From positions 44,888,001-44,952,000 of the forward strand of contig OZ024748.1 of NCBI GenBank assembly GCA_964016885.1: 64,000 nt of DNA, read 5' to 3'. Both the position numbers and the translations under genes were made by a program. This stretch comes from Eledone cirrhosa (lineage: Eukaryota). Below, in pieces: positions 1 through 14,734 of the stretch (positions are counted from its first letter, which is position 1; each line of letters opens with the position of its first letter). Under the pieces are notes generated by a model. That model ran no database searches. It saw nothing but the letters and a program-made list of their open reading frames with translations, and was not told where the DNA came from.

Positions 1-103
1 AACATAATAGTAGACAATAATTTTCAGTTAAAATTACAAAATAGGGAAGAGTATTTATAAAATTTAATAAATGTTTATACTTTATACTCGGTTAAATATT
101 CGA

Positions 104-823
104 TCAAAACTTTAGTAGTTTAGTAAGTGTTGACACGAAACAAGGATATTTGGGGCTGTCACTGGAATTTGGTTCCTGCGGGCCAGAAATATCTTTCAAA
201 AAAGCGACGAGGTCCGTTGAGGTACCATGTTCGTTCAAAAGATTACATAAGCTTTGCATAAACCACGATCCAGTATTTTTATCTTCTTCAGATGGATGTG
301 GAAGGGACGATGGATAACAAATGAGCATATCTGCCGCAGTTGGAGGTTTTTGAAGCCTTTCAAACCTAATTAACTCAGCATCTTCTTGTTCGATACCAGC
401 CGTGTCACTTTCACAACAAGATGAAATAAATATTAATTTAGGCACTCCTGGCAAAAGATTACATAGGTCGGATTCCTTTGAAGAAAACAATTCAAGTAGT
501 TTAACCTCACCTTCGTATCCACAAATAATATTTGGTTTTTTCCCATGCGTCAGAAATGCAAAAACAATACAAGAAACATCGGGCTTTTCATTAACTTCCT
601 TAAAACGAAGACGTATTTGATCGGCTGTACAATCTGTAAGTATTCTGATATTGGCCGTAGGAAACCCAATTTGTTCTAATGCCTTTTTAAAATCCCTTGA
701 GTCTTTTGTCGAGCCATAACGTTGTTTAATATTTTTGTCCACGAATACTTCATTGTTGAAGATGTAGGCGTGCCAGTTTTTTTTATTTGGGATACTGTAA
801 GTTTCCAGAAATTCACTTTCCAT
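104..823 (-). CDS. Single-exon caspase-family (peptidase C14A) protein without prodomain, divergent active-site motif
   Basis: Caspase motifs in order: AYIFNN, RYGSTKD, FLTHG (catalytic His), PKLIFISSCCE (aligned to PKLFxIQACRG), ADMLICY, GSWFMQSLC, PCFVSTLTKLLKF. First ATG is at 823; the ORF track start at 832 is a TTG. ATTAAA on the minus strand at 63-68 is a possible polyA signal. Confidence 0.85.
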   Translation of the reverse strand: MESEFLETYSIPNKKNWHAYIFNNEVFVDKNIKQRYGSTKDSRDFKKALEQIGFPTANIRILTDCTADQIRLRFKEVNEKPDVSCIVFAFLTHGKKPNIICGYEGEVKLLELFSSKESDLCNLLPGVPKLIFISSCCESDTAGIEQEDAELIRFERLQKPPTAADMLICYPSSLPHPSEEDKNTGSWFMQSLCNLLNEHGTSTDLVAFLKDISGPQEPNSSDSPKYPCFVSTLTKLLKF

Positions 824-986
824 GATTGACAAACAGATTATAAACCTATTTACACCTTATTGAAGTTTTTCTAGCTTATGCCTGGGACAGTCGTGGGTGT
901 AGAGTTTTGCAGTGGATGTAGTCAGAAGCAACTGTCTCTATTTGATCTCTAGTCGTAGCAAATCGTGAGAGTACTAAATGACAGCG

Positions 987-1044
987 TATTTATATTGGAT
1001 ATACTTCCTGGTGTGACGTGTCTCTCTTTCGCAAAAGTGAAAGT
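987..1044 (-). promoter_or_regulatory. Putative proximal promoter of the caspase gene (TATA, ETS, CRE-half, IRF-type sites)
   Basis: TATAAATA on minus at 987-994; CCAGGAAGT (ETS) 1003-1011; TGACGT 1014-1019; AAAAGTGAAAGT (IRF/ISRE-like) 1033-1044. All lie within 60 bp, with the TATA oriented toward the ORF. Confidence 0.5.
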
Positions 1045-1112
1045 GGGACAGCGTATGTATGTGTACGCATGCGTGTGTGTATAGGCGTTTTTAAGTCAGA
1101 GACACACACATA

Positions 1113-1796
1113 TAAAGCGACGAAATGCCTACGTCGGTTGGAAGGCCACTGATGAAGGACAAACTTTTTCATATGTAACCCATTTGCAACGCCGCAGCTC
1201 CATTATTATCATATTTACACATATATTTTTTCCTCCGCTGCTACACGTCTGTTTCGTTCTTTGTATCTTTACCCTTTCTGGCAGTCTCTCTTTCTCTGTT
1301 AGCCTCTTCCTCACCTTTCACTCACTCATTCTCTGTCACTACCTCTCCTCCTCCCCTTTCTTCCCGTTTGACCTGTCCGTAATCCTTTTCTCGCGCGTAC
1401 TTGTCCAAGCCGGTATGAATTTTTTTTCTCTCTCTCTCTCTCGTCTGCAACTTCACAGAACTTATGTTTACCGAATTCGCAGACCAGACCCCTTCTTCCT
1501 CCCGTTAGACCTGTGTGAAATTCCTCCCTTGCTTACATTTCAACCAGGTTTGATGGTCTTTATTCTCTCGTTCACGATTCCACCGAATTTATATTCATAG
1601 AAATCTGGGACTTGTTTCTTTCTTCTTCATCACTTTCTGTTCCTTAAACCATTTTGTTTGTTTACCCTAGCGTCCCCTTTATTTACGTGTCCCAACGACT
1701 TTTTTTAGCCGTTGCTCGCACCAACCTGAGGTATATGGCCTTTAAAGCGACGAAATGCCTACGACGGTTGGAAGGCCACTGATGAAGGACAAACTT

Positions 1797-1804
<8 letters not shown>
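1113..1804 (+). mobile_element. Partial-tandem pLTR/retrozyme-like unit (630-bp period) with incomplete hammerhead-like motif
   Basis: ~60-bp direct repeat 1113-1174 / 1743-1804 containing CTGATGA. TGGCCTT (1736-1742) pairs with AAGGCCA directly 5' of CTGATGA (1779-1785). Ends in (TA)n. Confidence 0.45.
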
Positions 1805-1834
<30 letters not shown>

Positions 1835-1839
<5 letters not shown>

Positions 1840-2552
1840 TGAGGAAAAAGTGGCGGAATAGTGTTCTGAACACGGAACCATACAGCTATTTCAGTACACT
1901 GGGTAGTGACCACCGGCTTGTTATGAGTGAGGTCCGCGTGAGCTTAAGAAAGAGCAAGGCTCAGCCCCGGAGAACAATCTATGACTGGGGAGCTTTCAAG
2001 GAAGATGATAAGCTACAGGAGAGGTTCAGGTGGAAGTGAGAAACAGGTTTAGTGCTCTGTGTGGAGAGTCAGAGGAGAGAGAGATTGGATGGACTGAGGA
2101 GAGTGTGACAAGGAGGTACGGGCACTTCACCAATGCAGTGGCGGAAGCAAGTGAAACCCTGGTGCCGAGGAAAAAGAACAAAGGGAAGCACGTCAGCTCT
2201 GCAAACCCAAAAGTGTGTGCAGCCAGAGAACACCTGAAAGCTGCCAGGGACCAATTCTATGCTGATCCTACGGAGGAGAGGATGGAGACTGTGGAGGTGA
2301 TGAGGGAAGAGCTCTGTACCGCTTACACTGAGGTCAGAGAGGAGGCACTGATAGAGAAGATCAGAAGTGTGGAGAGAGCGGTTGACAGATCTGGATGTAA
2401 GGAGAGCTGGATGATCATCAACGAGATCACAGGGAGGAAGAGAAGGTGTTCGAGTCAGATCCAGGGAACGGGGCCCGAGGATAGGAAGAGGAAATGGCTA
2501 GACCATTTTAGGACCCTACTAGGAGAGCCACCCTCCACATCCCAGAGCACTG
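1835..2552 (+). mobile_element. Internal fragment of the same RTE LINE family as 37766-41097
   Basis: Near-identical to ~38798-39512 (APE C-terminus SDH motif plus linker); one frameshift near 2030. Confidence 0.9.
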
Positions 2553-3908
2553 TTTCAAAATGGCGTAGGACACTGGTGTAAGGGGGAGTTTGTTGCTGCT
2601 GCCCTAAGGTTTCTCTCGTGTCTTGCTGTGGGCTCATCCGGGATCCTGGATAACAAGGTATCGAGATGTTTCTTAAAGACATCCACCTCCACGTCATGCA
2701 AGTCTCTCAGATCCCTCCGCAGCCTGTTGAAGAATTGAGGGCCCTTGAATCCCAGGCTATTGCAATACCTGCTCCTTATTCTAGATGTGGAAGACGGGAC
2801 CTTTGGCACCACACAGTGACGTCCTGTTCGACGGTTGGTCCAGCTCCCAATGCCAAAGTTTGGTGCTAGTCCCTCCAGGATTTTCCACATGTAGATCACT
2901 GCGTATCTCTCCCGTCTCCGCTCCAAGGAGTAGAGGTTCAGTTCCTTCAGCCTCTCCCAGTAGCTTGTCTCCCTCATCTTGACAATCCTCTTGGTGTAGC
3001 TTCGCTGGATTGCCTCAAGCTCCGTGGTTAGTTTGACACTATGGGGTGACCACAACTGGGAGCAGTAGTCCAGGCGGCTTAGGACAAAAGTCCTCCACAG
3101 TGTCAACATGGTGTCTCGATCTCTTGTCCGGAAAGTGCTCAAGATCCAGGCAGCGTCAGCCGGGTTTTTGATTGCCTGTGCTACCTTAGTGTCATCAGCA
3201 TAGCTAGTGAGGGATGTTGTTGCATGCACCACAGAGGGCATGTCCGAGAGAGCCACCAAAAACAGTAGTGGTCCCAGGACTGTCCCCTGGGGCACCCCAC
3301 TTGTTATCGGTGTTTCCCTCGAGAGGGCCCCATTTGCTGCGACTGCCTGGCTTCTGTCCCTTAGGAAGCCATGCAGCCACTCACCTACTTTTCCAGTTAT
3401 GCCGAGTCCGTGTAGTTTGTGACATATCATTCCGGGGTCGACCTTGTCAAAGGCCTTCGCAAAGTCAAGATATATCACGTCCACATGTAAGCTGTCTAGT
3501 AGTTGTCTCAATACCCAGTCGTAGTGATGTAGCAGCTGTGTAAGGCAGCTTCTTCCTGGGCGGAAGCCATGTTGCGTGCTAGTCAGGCGGTCATTTTCCT
3601 CGAGGAAAGTGATTAGTTTCTTTCTGACGACTCGCTCCATGACCTTACTGATATGCGACGTCAGGGAGACTGGCCTATAGTTCTTGGCCTCCGCTCTATT
3701 ACCTCCTTTATGGATAGGGCATATTGTGCCTTCTTTCAGCTCCCTGGGTAGTACACCGCTAGCCAGGGAGCTTCTGAAGAGCATCTTCAGTGGAGTTGCT
3801 AAGGCTCGCTTACATATTTTTAAGAGAACTGCTGGGAATCCATCAGGTCCAGCAGCCGAGTCTGTTCTAATTTCATCAATGGCGTACACCACATCCTCCT
3901 CCGTTATG
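2553..3908 (-). mobile_element. CR1/Jockey-group LINE reverse transcriptase, 5'-truncated, with an in-frame internal deletion
   Basis: NYRPVSLTS, QHGFR, YLDFAKAFD, SGVPQGTVLGP, YADD, LDYCSQLWSP. The segment normally between YADD and the WIL..F region is missing. Confidence 0.88.
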
Positions 3909-3909
3909 T

Positions 3910-4110
<201 letters not shown>

Positions 4111-4235
4111 GTAGGAGGTGAGTTTTATTGTAGTACAATAAAGCAATGCAGATATCGGATAAGAAGCACTCTACAGTTTGTGGGACTGGAGTATGCATAA
4201 TATAAGATCAAAAGATGGTTAAAGGAGTTCCATAT

Positions 4236-4304
4236 ATTTTATTATGCGCATTTCAAAAACAAACATCATCAAACAATAATATTTGTGTTTTCATCAGATA
4301 AAAT
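4236..4304 (-). ncRNA. Type I hammerhead ribozyme (inverted pLTR copy)
   Basis: Exact reverse complement of 6879-6947. Confidence 0.8.
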
Positions 4305-5308
4305 AGGAGAACATGATATGAAGGCTAAAAAACACTTGTTGATAGTGCAGTTTTAAATCAACATATGAAAAGTGGTTTTAGATTGATGTGTGATATTGGG
4401 AAAAATATTTTATTTAGAGAGGGGGGGGGGAGAAAAGGATGAAAAGGGAAGGAGATGAGAGGGAAAGATGGGTGATAGAGAGAAAGAGATAGTTTTTATA
4501 ACTGAGAGGAGATATATTTTATATAGAGGGGTTGAAAACCGTTGGAAGATACTGTATAAATTAAAAATTTTGAAAATTAACGAAGGGAGGATATGTGCGA
4601 GGAAAAAAATATTTTATTTAGGGAGGGGGGGGGTTGGAAAGGATGAAAAAAAGGGGAGGAGATGAGAGTGAAGGTGGAAAGGGAGAGATGGGTGATAGAG
4701 AGAAAGAGATAGTTTTTATAACTGAGAAAAAGATATAATGTTTTAATATAGAGAGGTTGGGAACCGTTGGAAGATAATGTATAAATTAAAGGAATTTGAA
4801 AATTAACGAAGGGAAATTATGTATGAAGATAGAGAGAAAAAAATAATAATTGTGGGTGAATATTCTAACGTCAAAAGAAGAAATGTATGTATTGTGGGAA
4901 TTTCAAAATTAGCAAAGAGAAAAAAAGTTTATGTGTAGAAGGATTTGAGAAAAATAATGTGAAGTTAAAGTTTGTATATTGAATTCATATGTATTAATAA
5001 TGAGTTCGTTGATGGGGAGAAAAAAATAATAATAAATTAAGGATGAAATTGAGATTAAAAGGATTTATGATAGAGAGAAAAAATAATGATGATTGCGGAT
5101 GAATACTCAAAATGTCAAAAACAAATGTTATTGTTTTACGAGAAGATAGAATGAGGGTAATGAGTAAACGAGTATTATAGAGTGTATAATGCCCTTTAAA
5201 GTAAGGTAGATGGGTATATTTTAAAGAATATATGAGTATATATTAAAAAAAATATAATAATAAATTAAGGATGAAATTGAGATTAAAAAGATTTATGATA
5301 GAGAGAAA

Positions 5309-5702
5309 CAACCATTGCCTCGATAAAAACTTAATTTATGAATGTAAAATTATAACTAGCACCAATTCCTTCACCTATTTTGGCTCCACTTCCACCTCTT
5401 TTAAAGCTCGTCTCTATAATCATCATTCATCTTTCAAATACAAACTTAAAAGAACTAACACTGCTCTCTCAGAACTCATATGGTCCTTAAAAGACAAAAA
5501 CATTAAATATAACATCTTTTGGAAAAAGATTTCTTCTGCATCCTCATACTTGAACAGCTCTCTATCTAAAATCTGTAATCTCTGCCTAAATGAAAAATTT
5601 ACCATTATCTCTAACCTAGAATCCATAATAAATAGACGCTCAGATTTGTTTTCTATCTGCCTGCATAAATTCCATAGAACTTTTCACAAAGTATACAGTT
5701 AA
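5309..5702 (+). pseudogene. GIY-YIG endonuclease C-terminal portion of the PLE ORF
   Basis: C..KNLIYEC, TYFGST, FKARLYNH, TALSELIWSLK, CNLCLNEK, NRRSDLFSICLH. The ORF's first residues (5271-5308) come from the inverted arm. Confidence 0.85.
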
Positions 5703-6878
5703 TATTCAATTCTTTATCAATTTAGAATCTTTTCTCAAAGGCACATATACATACACCTCTTTAAAATATACCCATCTATAATACTCGTTTACTCATTACC
5801 CTCATTCTATCTTCTCGTAAAACAATAACATTTGTTTTTGACATTTTGAATATTCATCCGCAATCATTATTATTTTTTCTCTCTATCATAAATCTTTTTA
5901 ATCTCAATTTCATCCTTAATTTATTATTATATTTTTTTTAATATATACTCATATATTCTTTAAAATATACCCATCTACCTTACTTTAAAGGGCATTATAC
6001 ACTCTATAATACTCGTTTACTCATTACCCTCATTCTATCTTCTCGTAAAACAATAACATTTGTTTTTGACATTTTGAGTATTCATCCGCAATCATCATTA
6101 TTTTTTCTCTCTATCATAAATCCTTTTAATCTCAATTTCATCCTTAATTTATTATTATTTTTTTCTCCCCATCAACGAACTCATTATTAATACATATGAA
6201 TTCAATATACAAACTTTAACTTCACATTATTTTTCTCAAATCCTTCTACACATAAACTTTTTTTCTCTTTGCTAATTTTGAAATTCCCACAATACATACA
6301 TTTCTTCTTTTGACGTTAGAATATTCACCCACAATTATTATTTTTTTCTCTCTATCTTCATACATAATTTCCCTTCGTTAATTTTCAAATTCCTTTAATT
6401 TATACATTATCTTCCAACGGTTCCCAACCTCTCTATATTAAAACATTATATCTTTTTCTCAGTTATAAAAACTATCTCTTTCTCTCTATCACCCATCTCT
6501 CCCTTTCCACCTTCACTCTCATCTCCTCCCCTTTTTTTCATCCTTTCCAACCCCCCCCTCCCTAAATAAAAATTTTTTTTTCCTCGCACATACCCTCCCT
6601 TCGTTAATTTTCAAAATTTTTAATTTATACAGTATCTTCCAACGGTTTTCAACCCCTCTATATAAAATATATCTCCTCTCAGTTATAAAAACTATCTCTT
6701 TCTCTCTATCACCCATCTCTCCCTCTCATCTCCTTCCCTTTTCATCCTTTTCTCCCCCCCCCTCTCTAAATAAAATATTTTTCCCAATATCACACATCAA
6801 TCTAAAACCACTTTTCATATGTTGATTTAAAACTGCACTATCAACAAGTGTTTTTTAGCCTTCATATCATGTTCTCCT

Positions 6879-6947
6879 ATTTTATCTGATGAAAACACAA
6901 ATATTATTGTTTGATGATGTTTGTTTTTGAAATGCGCATAATAAAAT
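6879..6947 (+). ncRNA. Type I hammerhead ribozyme with palindromic stem III
   Basis: Stem I ATTTTAT/ATAAAAT; CTGATGA 6886-6892; ~13-bp stem II; GAAA 6929-6932; stem III ATGCGCAT palindrome; AUA cleavage triplet. Confidence 0.82.
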
Positions 6948-6986
6948 ATATGGAACTCCTTTAACCATCTTTTGATCTTATATTAT

Positions 6987-7520
<534 letters not shown>

Positions 7521-7698
7521 AAGATGAATATAAAATGAAAGTGCTTTTATAAAGGAATTTATTAGGTATTGACATATGTTTCTGTAACAGACGGAATACC
7601 TATGTATCGCTGCTTGCGTAATCATATAATGTTAGCAAGTATTCGATAGCAAATGTATAATCAGTTGTCACTTCTTCAGAGATATTGGATAAATTGTC

Positions 7699-8617
<919 letters not shown>

Positions 8618-8618
8618 A

Positions 8619-8661
<43 letters not shown>

Positions 8662-8679
8662 TATATAAATATATATATA

Positions 8680-9490
8680 TCATCATCATCATCATCATCA
8701 TCATCAGGTTTAGCGTCCGTGTTCCACGCTTGCATGGGTTTGGACGGGGGTTTTCCCACTTGAGGCAAGAGTGGTTGTCTTGCTCGCATAGGACTGTCTG
8801 GCGGGTTTTCTACAGTTGGATGCCCTTCCTAACACCAACCACATTTACAGTGTGGGGCTGGGAGGTTTTTACCGTGTTGCCTACACGGCCACATTACAGC
8901 GTGGACTGTCTGGCGGGTTTTCTACAGCTGGATGCCCTTCCTAACACCAACCACATTTACAGTGTGGGGCTGGGAGGTTTTTACCGTGTTGCCTACACGG
9001 CCACATTTAGAGCGTGGACTGTGTGTTTTTTTTATCGTGACACCTACACGATCTCATTTGTTTCGGCCTGGATGTTATGGGACCAACATAACTTTACATT
9101 GAAAGGGGCGGTGTGGATGGGGTGGAGGTAGTGGGACGGGGGGAGGGGGTGTTTTGATAGAGATGCCTACTGACTGTAGTAGGTTTTTACTTTGTATTTA
9201 GGTAAGGCGGGTCTTCTCTATTACTGAGTACCGCCAAAGGTCTCGGTCCAGTGACATTGTCTTGGAGAGGTGTAAGCGTGTGAGGTCGGAATTTATCAGC
9301 TCGTCCCATGTTTTTCTGGGTCTGACTACTCCGTGGCTACCGTCTATCTTTATTGCCCTGCACTTTGTTATACAGCTGTCGTCTTTCATGCGCATCACGT
9401 GACCGTACCAACGTACCCTTCTCTCGAGTAAACAACATCTGATCCCTCTTATTTCTAATTTTTTCCTTAGTTCGTTTATATATTTATATA

Positions 9491-9542
<52 letters not shown>

Positions 9543-9581
9543 TATATAAATATATATATATAATTATATATATTTAAATAT

Positions 9582-9632
<51 letters not shown>

Positions 9633-9635
9633 AAT

Positions 9636-9730
<95 letters not shown>

Positions 9731-9769
9731 AATATATATATATATAAATATATATATATAAATATAAAT

Positions 9770-9800
<31 letters not shown>

Positions 9801-9917
9801 AATATATATATATAAATATAAATATATATATATATAAATATAAATATATATATATATAAATATATATATATAAATATAAATATATATATATATAAATATA
9901 TATATATAAATATAAAT

Positions 9918-9954
<37 letters not shown>

Positions 9955-9957
9955 AAT

Positions 9958-9994
<37 letters not shown>

Positions 9995-10490
9995 AATATA
10001 TAAATATATATATATACACCATCCAACCCATCTTAGCGTGGAAGATGGACATTAAACGATCATGTTGATGATATATATATCTTATTTCTAATTTTTTCCT
10101 TAGTTCGTTTATGCTTTGCCGTTCACGTATATTACTATTGCACATCCAGCGGAGCATGCAAGCTTCGTTCCTCTCTAGTCTGCGTATATCCTCTGCACAC
10201 AATGCCCAGGTCTCACTGCCATGCAGCATTGCTGTTCGTATGCAGGCATCGTATAACCTGCCTTTCATTTTTAGGGAGAACCCTCTAGCGGCTAATAGTG
10301 GTATAAGCTCTCTGAACTTTTTCCATCCAGTTCTGACTCTAGCTACTGTACTTTCAGAGCACCCTCCCCCACTGCTGATTTTATCACCTAGGTAACGGAA
10401 GCTGTCCACTATTTCTATAGAACCCTCTGCGCAGTTGAAGGAGCTAGTATTTCGTGGGCACTTGCTGTTACTTATTGCACCAGAGCACCG
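8680..10490 (-). mobile_element. RTE-clade LINE 3' end (thumb/C-terminus, 3'UTR, (ATG)n tail), interrupted at 9480-10079
   Basis: FRYLG, LHGSETW, MLRWM, (R)WYGHVMRM, RPRKTW, DRDLWR. The 3'UTR has a ~113-bp internal duplication; the tail reads (CAT)n on plus at 8680-8706. Confidence 0.85.
9480..10079 (+). mobile_element. TSD-flanked insertion: (TA/TAAA)n microsatellite plus ~55-bp RTE-type 3' tail
   Basis: 33-bp duplication TCTTATTTCTAATTTTTTCCTTAGTTCGTTTAT at 9447-9479 and 10080-10112; tail at 10017-10070. Confidence 0.7.
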
Positions 10491-10508
10491 GCCACATGTA
10501 AAATCTCT

Positions 10509-12245
<1,737 letters not shown>

Positions 12246-12329
12246 CACCATCGAACCCATCTTAGCGTGGAAGATGGACATTAAACGATCATGTTGATGA
12301 TATATATATCATTAATTTATACCTTCGCA

Positions 12330-13478
12330 CACACACACCTACAGACACTTCCATAAGCTTAACGAAAAACTCAATGACATTTACAAGGACTCATGCCACA
12401 CTCCCACTGTTTTTAGAAACTTCGTAAATAATATCAGTACTAGAATCTCAAAACTCTCCTCTAATAAGGCTATCTTAGACAGAGCGGCACCCTACTATAA
12501 CATGGCGTTAGCTAACAGCGGCTTCTCGCAACCTATCACTTACCATCCGACTAACAACAACAGCAATAAGAAAAGAAAGCGTAACAATAGACAAACTATC
12601 TGGTTCTCTCCTCCCTTCTCACTCAAAGTTAAAATCAATGTAGGCAAAAAATTTCTAGCCCTCTGAGATAGACACTTTCCCATAGGTCATAAATACCGTC
12701 CATCTTTAACCGACACAAAGTAAAACTAGGATACTCTTGCGCTAAGAGCATGAAGGCCCACATCACCAACAGCCCTAAGAGCAACACCCAACCAGGGTGC
12801 TCTTGCCGTAATCCTGAAGATTGTCCCCTTCAACAGCAATGCAACACACCCGCTGTAGTTTATGAAGCTGTGGTCACTTGCAACCGACCAAATCAACCAC
12901 AGAAGGTCAACTCCTATGTGGGTATGGCGGAGGGCCGATTTAAGGAACGCTTCCTGAACCACCAGTCGACCTTTAGGTACCCGGACAGACGTTCATCCAC
13001 GAAACTCGCGAGACACGTATGGTCCCTCAAGAACTCAAGTATAAACTACTCCATTCAATGGAAAGCCATCACTAAGTCCAAGCCATACGCAAGGGGCAAT
13101 CCGTCGTGTGGACTATGTATTGATGAACGAATAAATATTTTAAAGAGATTACGCAATAGTGATTGCCTAAACTCTAGAAATGAATTCTTCACACATTGTC
13201 CACACGTCTGGAAACACCTCTTACATAACTACAAAGTTCCGGATTGAATTACAACATCCTAATTTTCTTATCAACTAGAAACTTTCGGACTTTCGCAATT
13301 ATCTCCCTTACACCTCTCGCACGCTATTTAGTATTGCCTGTGTGAAGTGATCGTTTCTGTGCATGGCGTTCGTACGGTTGTCCTTCCTGTTCCGTATAAC
13401 CATGTCCATTACGAGCTGAGGATCCGCTAAGGTGAAACAATTGTTCTCGGTATGGTGAACTAACTGTGGTGTAACCAC

Positions 13479-13480
<2 letters not shown>
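12330..13480 (+). mobile_element. 5'-truncated Naiad-type Penelope-like element: RT C-terminus, linker, GIY-YIG, 3' pLTR with HHR
   Basis: Translation from ~12330 gives ISTRISKLSSN..AAPYYNMAL..IWFSPPFS..VGKKFLAL*DRHFP..IFNRHKVKLGYSC. ORF 12750-13247 follows with CSCR..CPL, VVYEA, YVGMAEGRFKER, CGLCIDER, LNSRNEFFTHCPH. One stop (12665-12667) and one frameshift. Confidence 0.9.
13412..13449 (+). ncRNA. Minimal type I hammerhead ribozyme
   Basis: CGAG-CTGAGGA-TCCGCTAAGGT-GAAA-CAATTG-TT-CTCG; palindromic ACAATTGT stem III; weak stem II; 165 bp after the GIY-YIG stop. Confidence 0.7.
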
Positions 13481-13551
<71 letters not shown>

Positions 13552-13865
13552 TATAGTAATAATAATAAATATGAAGACTAAAATATATATAATAAATATA
13601 TATATATATGTGTGTGTGTGTGTGTTTCTGTGTGTATATATATTATGTGAGTGTGTGTATGTGTGTGTCTGTGTATATATATATATCTGGGTGTATATAT
13701 ATGTGTGAGTGTATATATGATAATGATTCAATATATATTATTTAAGAGACAACAGTTAAATCAATATATTTCCAGACAAAACAGACTTGCATCTTATGAT
13801 TGGCATCGGAGATGTTTAGTAGCAATAATATAACTAGACAGACACACACATACACAAACAGACAG

Positions 13866-13908
<43 letters not shown>

Positions 13909-13994
13909 GATAGATATGCATACATATATATACATACATATATATTATATATATATATACATATATGCTAACAAAAAAACTCTCATATATATAT

Positions 13995-14027
<33 letters not shown>

Positions 14028-14046
14028 TATACATATATATATACAT

Positions 14047-14111
<65 letters not shown>

Positions 14112-14225
14112 GAGAGAGATAGATAGATATGCATACATACATATATATACATACATATATATTATATATATATTCATACATATATGCTAACATACACACA
14201 CTCATATATACATATATAAATATAT

Positions 14226-14411
14226 AACAAAGGAATTGTGGTAAGGAACCAGATGGACCATAACGCACCAGAATACTCAATACTTAGGGTAGTAGAGTGG
14301 GAAATAGGAAAAAGCATGACCCCGACGGCAGAGCGCAAGCCGTTTCGACGGCTATTTCAGAAATAGCTGTCGAAACGGCTTGAGCTCTGCCGTCGGGGTC
14401 ATACTTATTCC

Positions 14412-14414
<3 letters not shown>
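14226..14414. mobile_element. Foldback half-hammerhead element
   Basis: ~55-bp-arm hairpin 14302-14414 plus ~75-bp tail, inserted in (TA)n. Confidence 0.8.
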
Positions 14415-14443
<29 letters not shown>

Positions 14444-14579
14444 AATATATATTTAAAGGTTAAACAAGGTTCAATGAATAAAGTTTTACAATAGATTAGA
14501 AGCACTCCACAGTGTTGGTTTTCACTGCCGTGACTGAATTTTAACCATCTACTTAGTCAGGTTATGTCATGCATCATCT

Positions 14580-14646
14580 TATTTTATCTGATGAGGACGT
14601 ACTGTTGAAAATAACTCAGTACCTCTGAAATATGTATAATAAAATA
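14580..14646 (+). ncRNA. Type I hammerhead ribozyme
   Basis: TATTTTAT-CTGATGA-GGACGTACTG..CAGTACCTCT-GAAA-TATGTA-TA-ATAAAATA. Confidence 0.8.
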
Positions 14647-14687
14647 TACTTGATCACACGAACGTCTATTTTTGTTAATATTTTGAA

Positions 14688-14726
<39 letters not shown>

Positions 14727-14734
<8 letters not shown>

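Larger units (their letters stand above)
4109..6986 (+). mobile_element. 5'-truncated Penelope-like element (Naiad-like GIY-YIG end) with ~1.1-kb inverted pLTR
   Basis: Arms 4197-5308 and 5876-6986 are reverse complements. The GIY-YIG ORF end lies between them, each arm carries an HHR, and the left arm has an extra 88-bp tail (4109-4196). Confidence 0.88.

Noticed and set aside
7565-7685. Minus-strand CTGAAGA..GAAA-CATATG-TC hammerhead-like motif
   Set aside because: Core and palindromic stem III are present, but stem I does not pair; at best a rearranged remnant.
12665-12667. In-frame TGA as selenocysteine (some Naiad PLEs encode selenoproteins)
   Set aside because: It falls at a hydrophobic, non-Cys position, a frameshift follows, and no SECIS was recognised.
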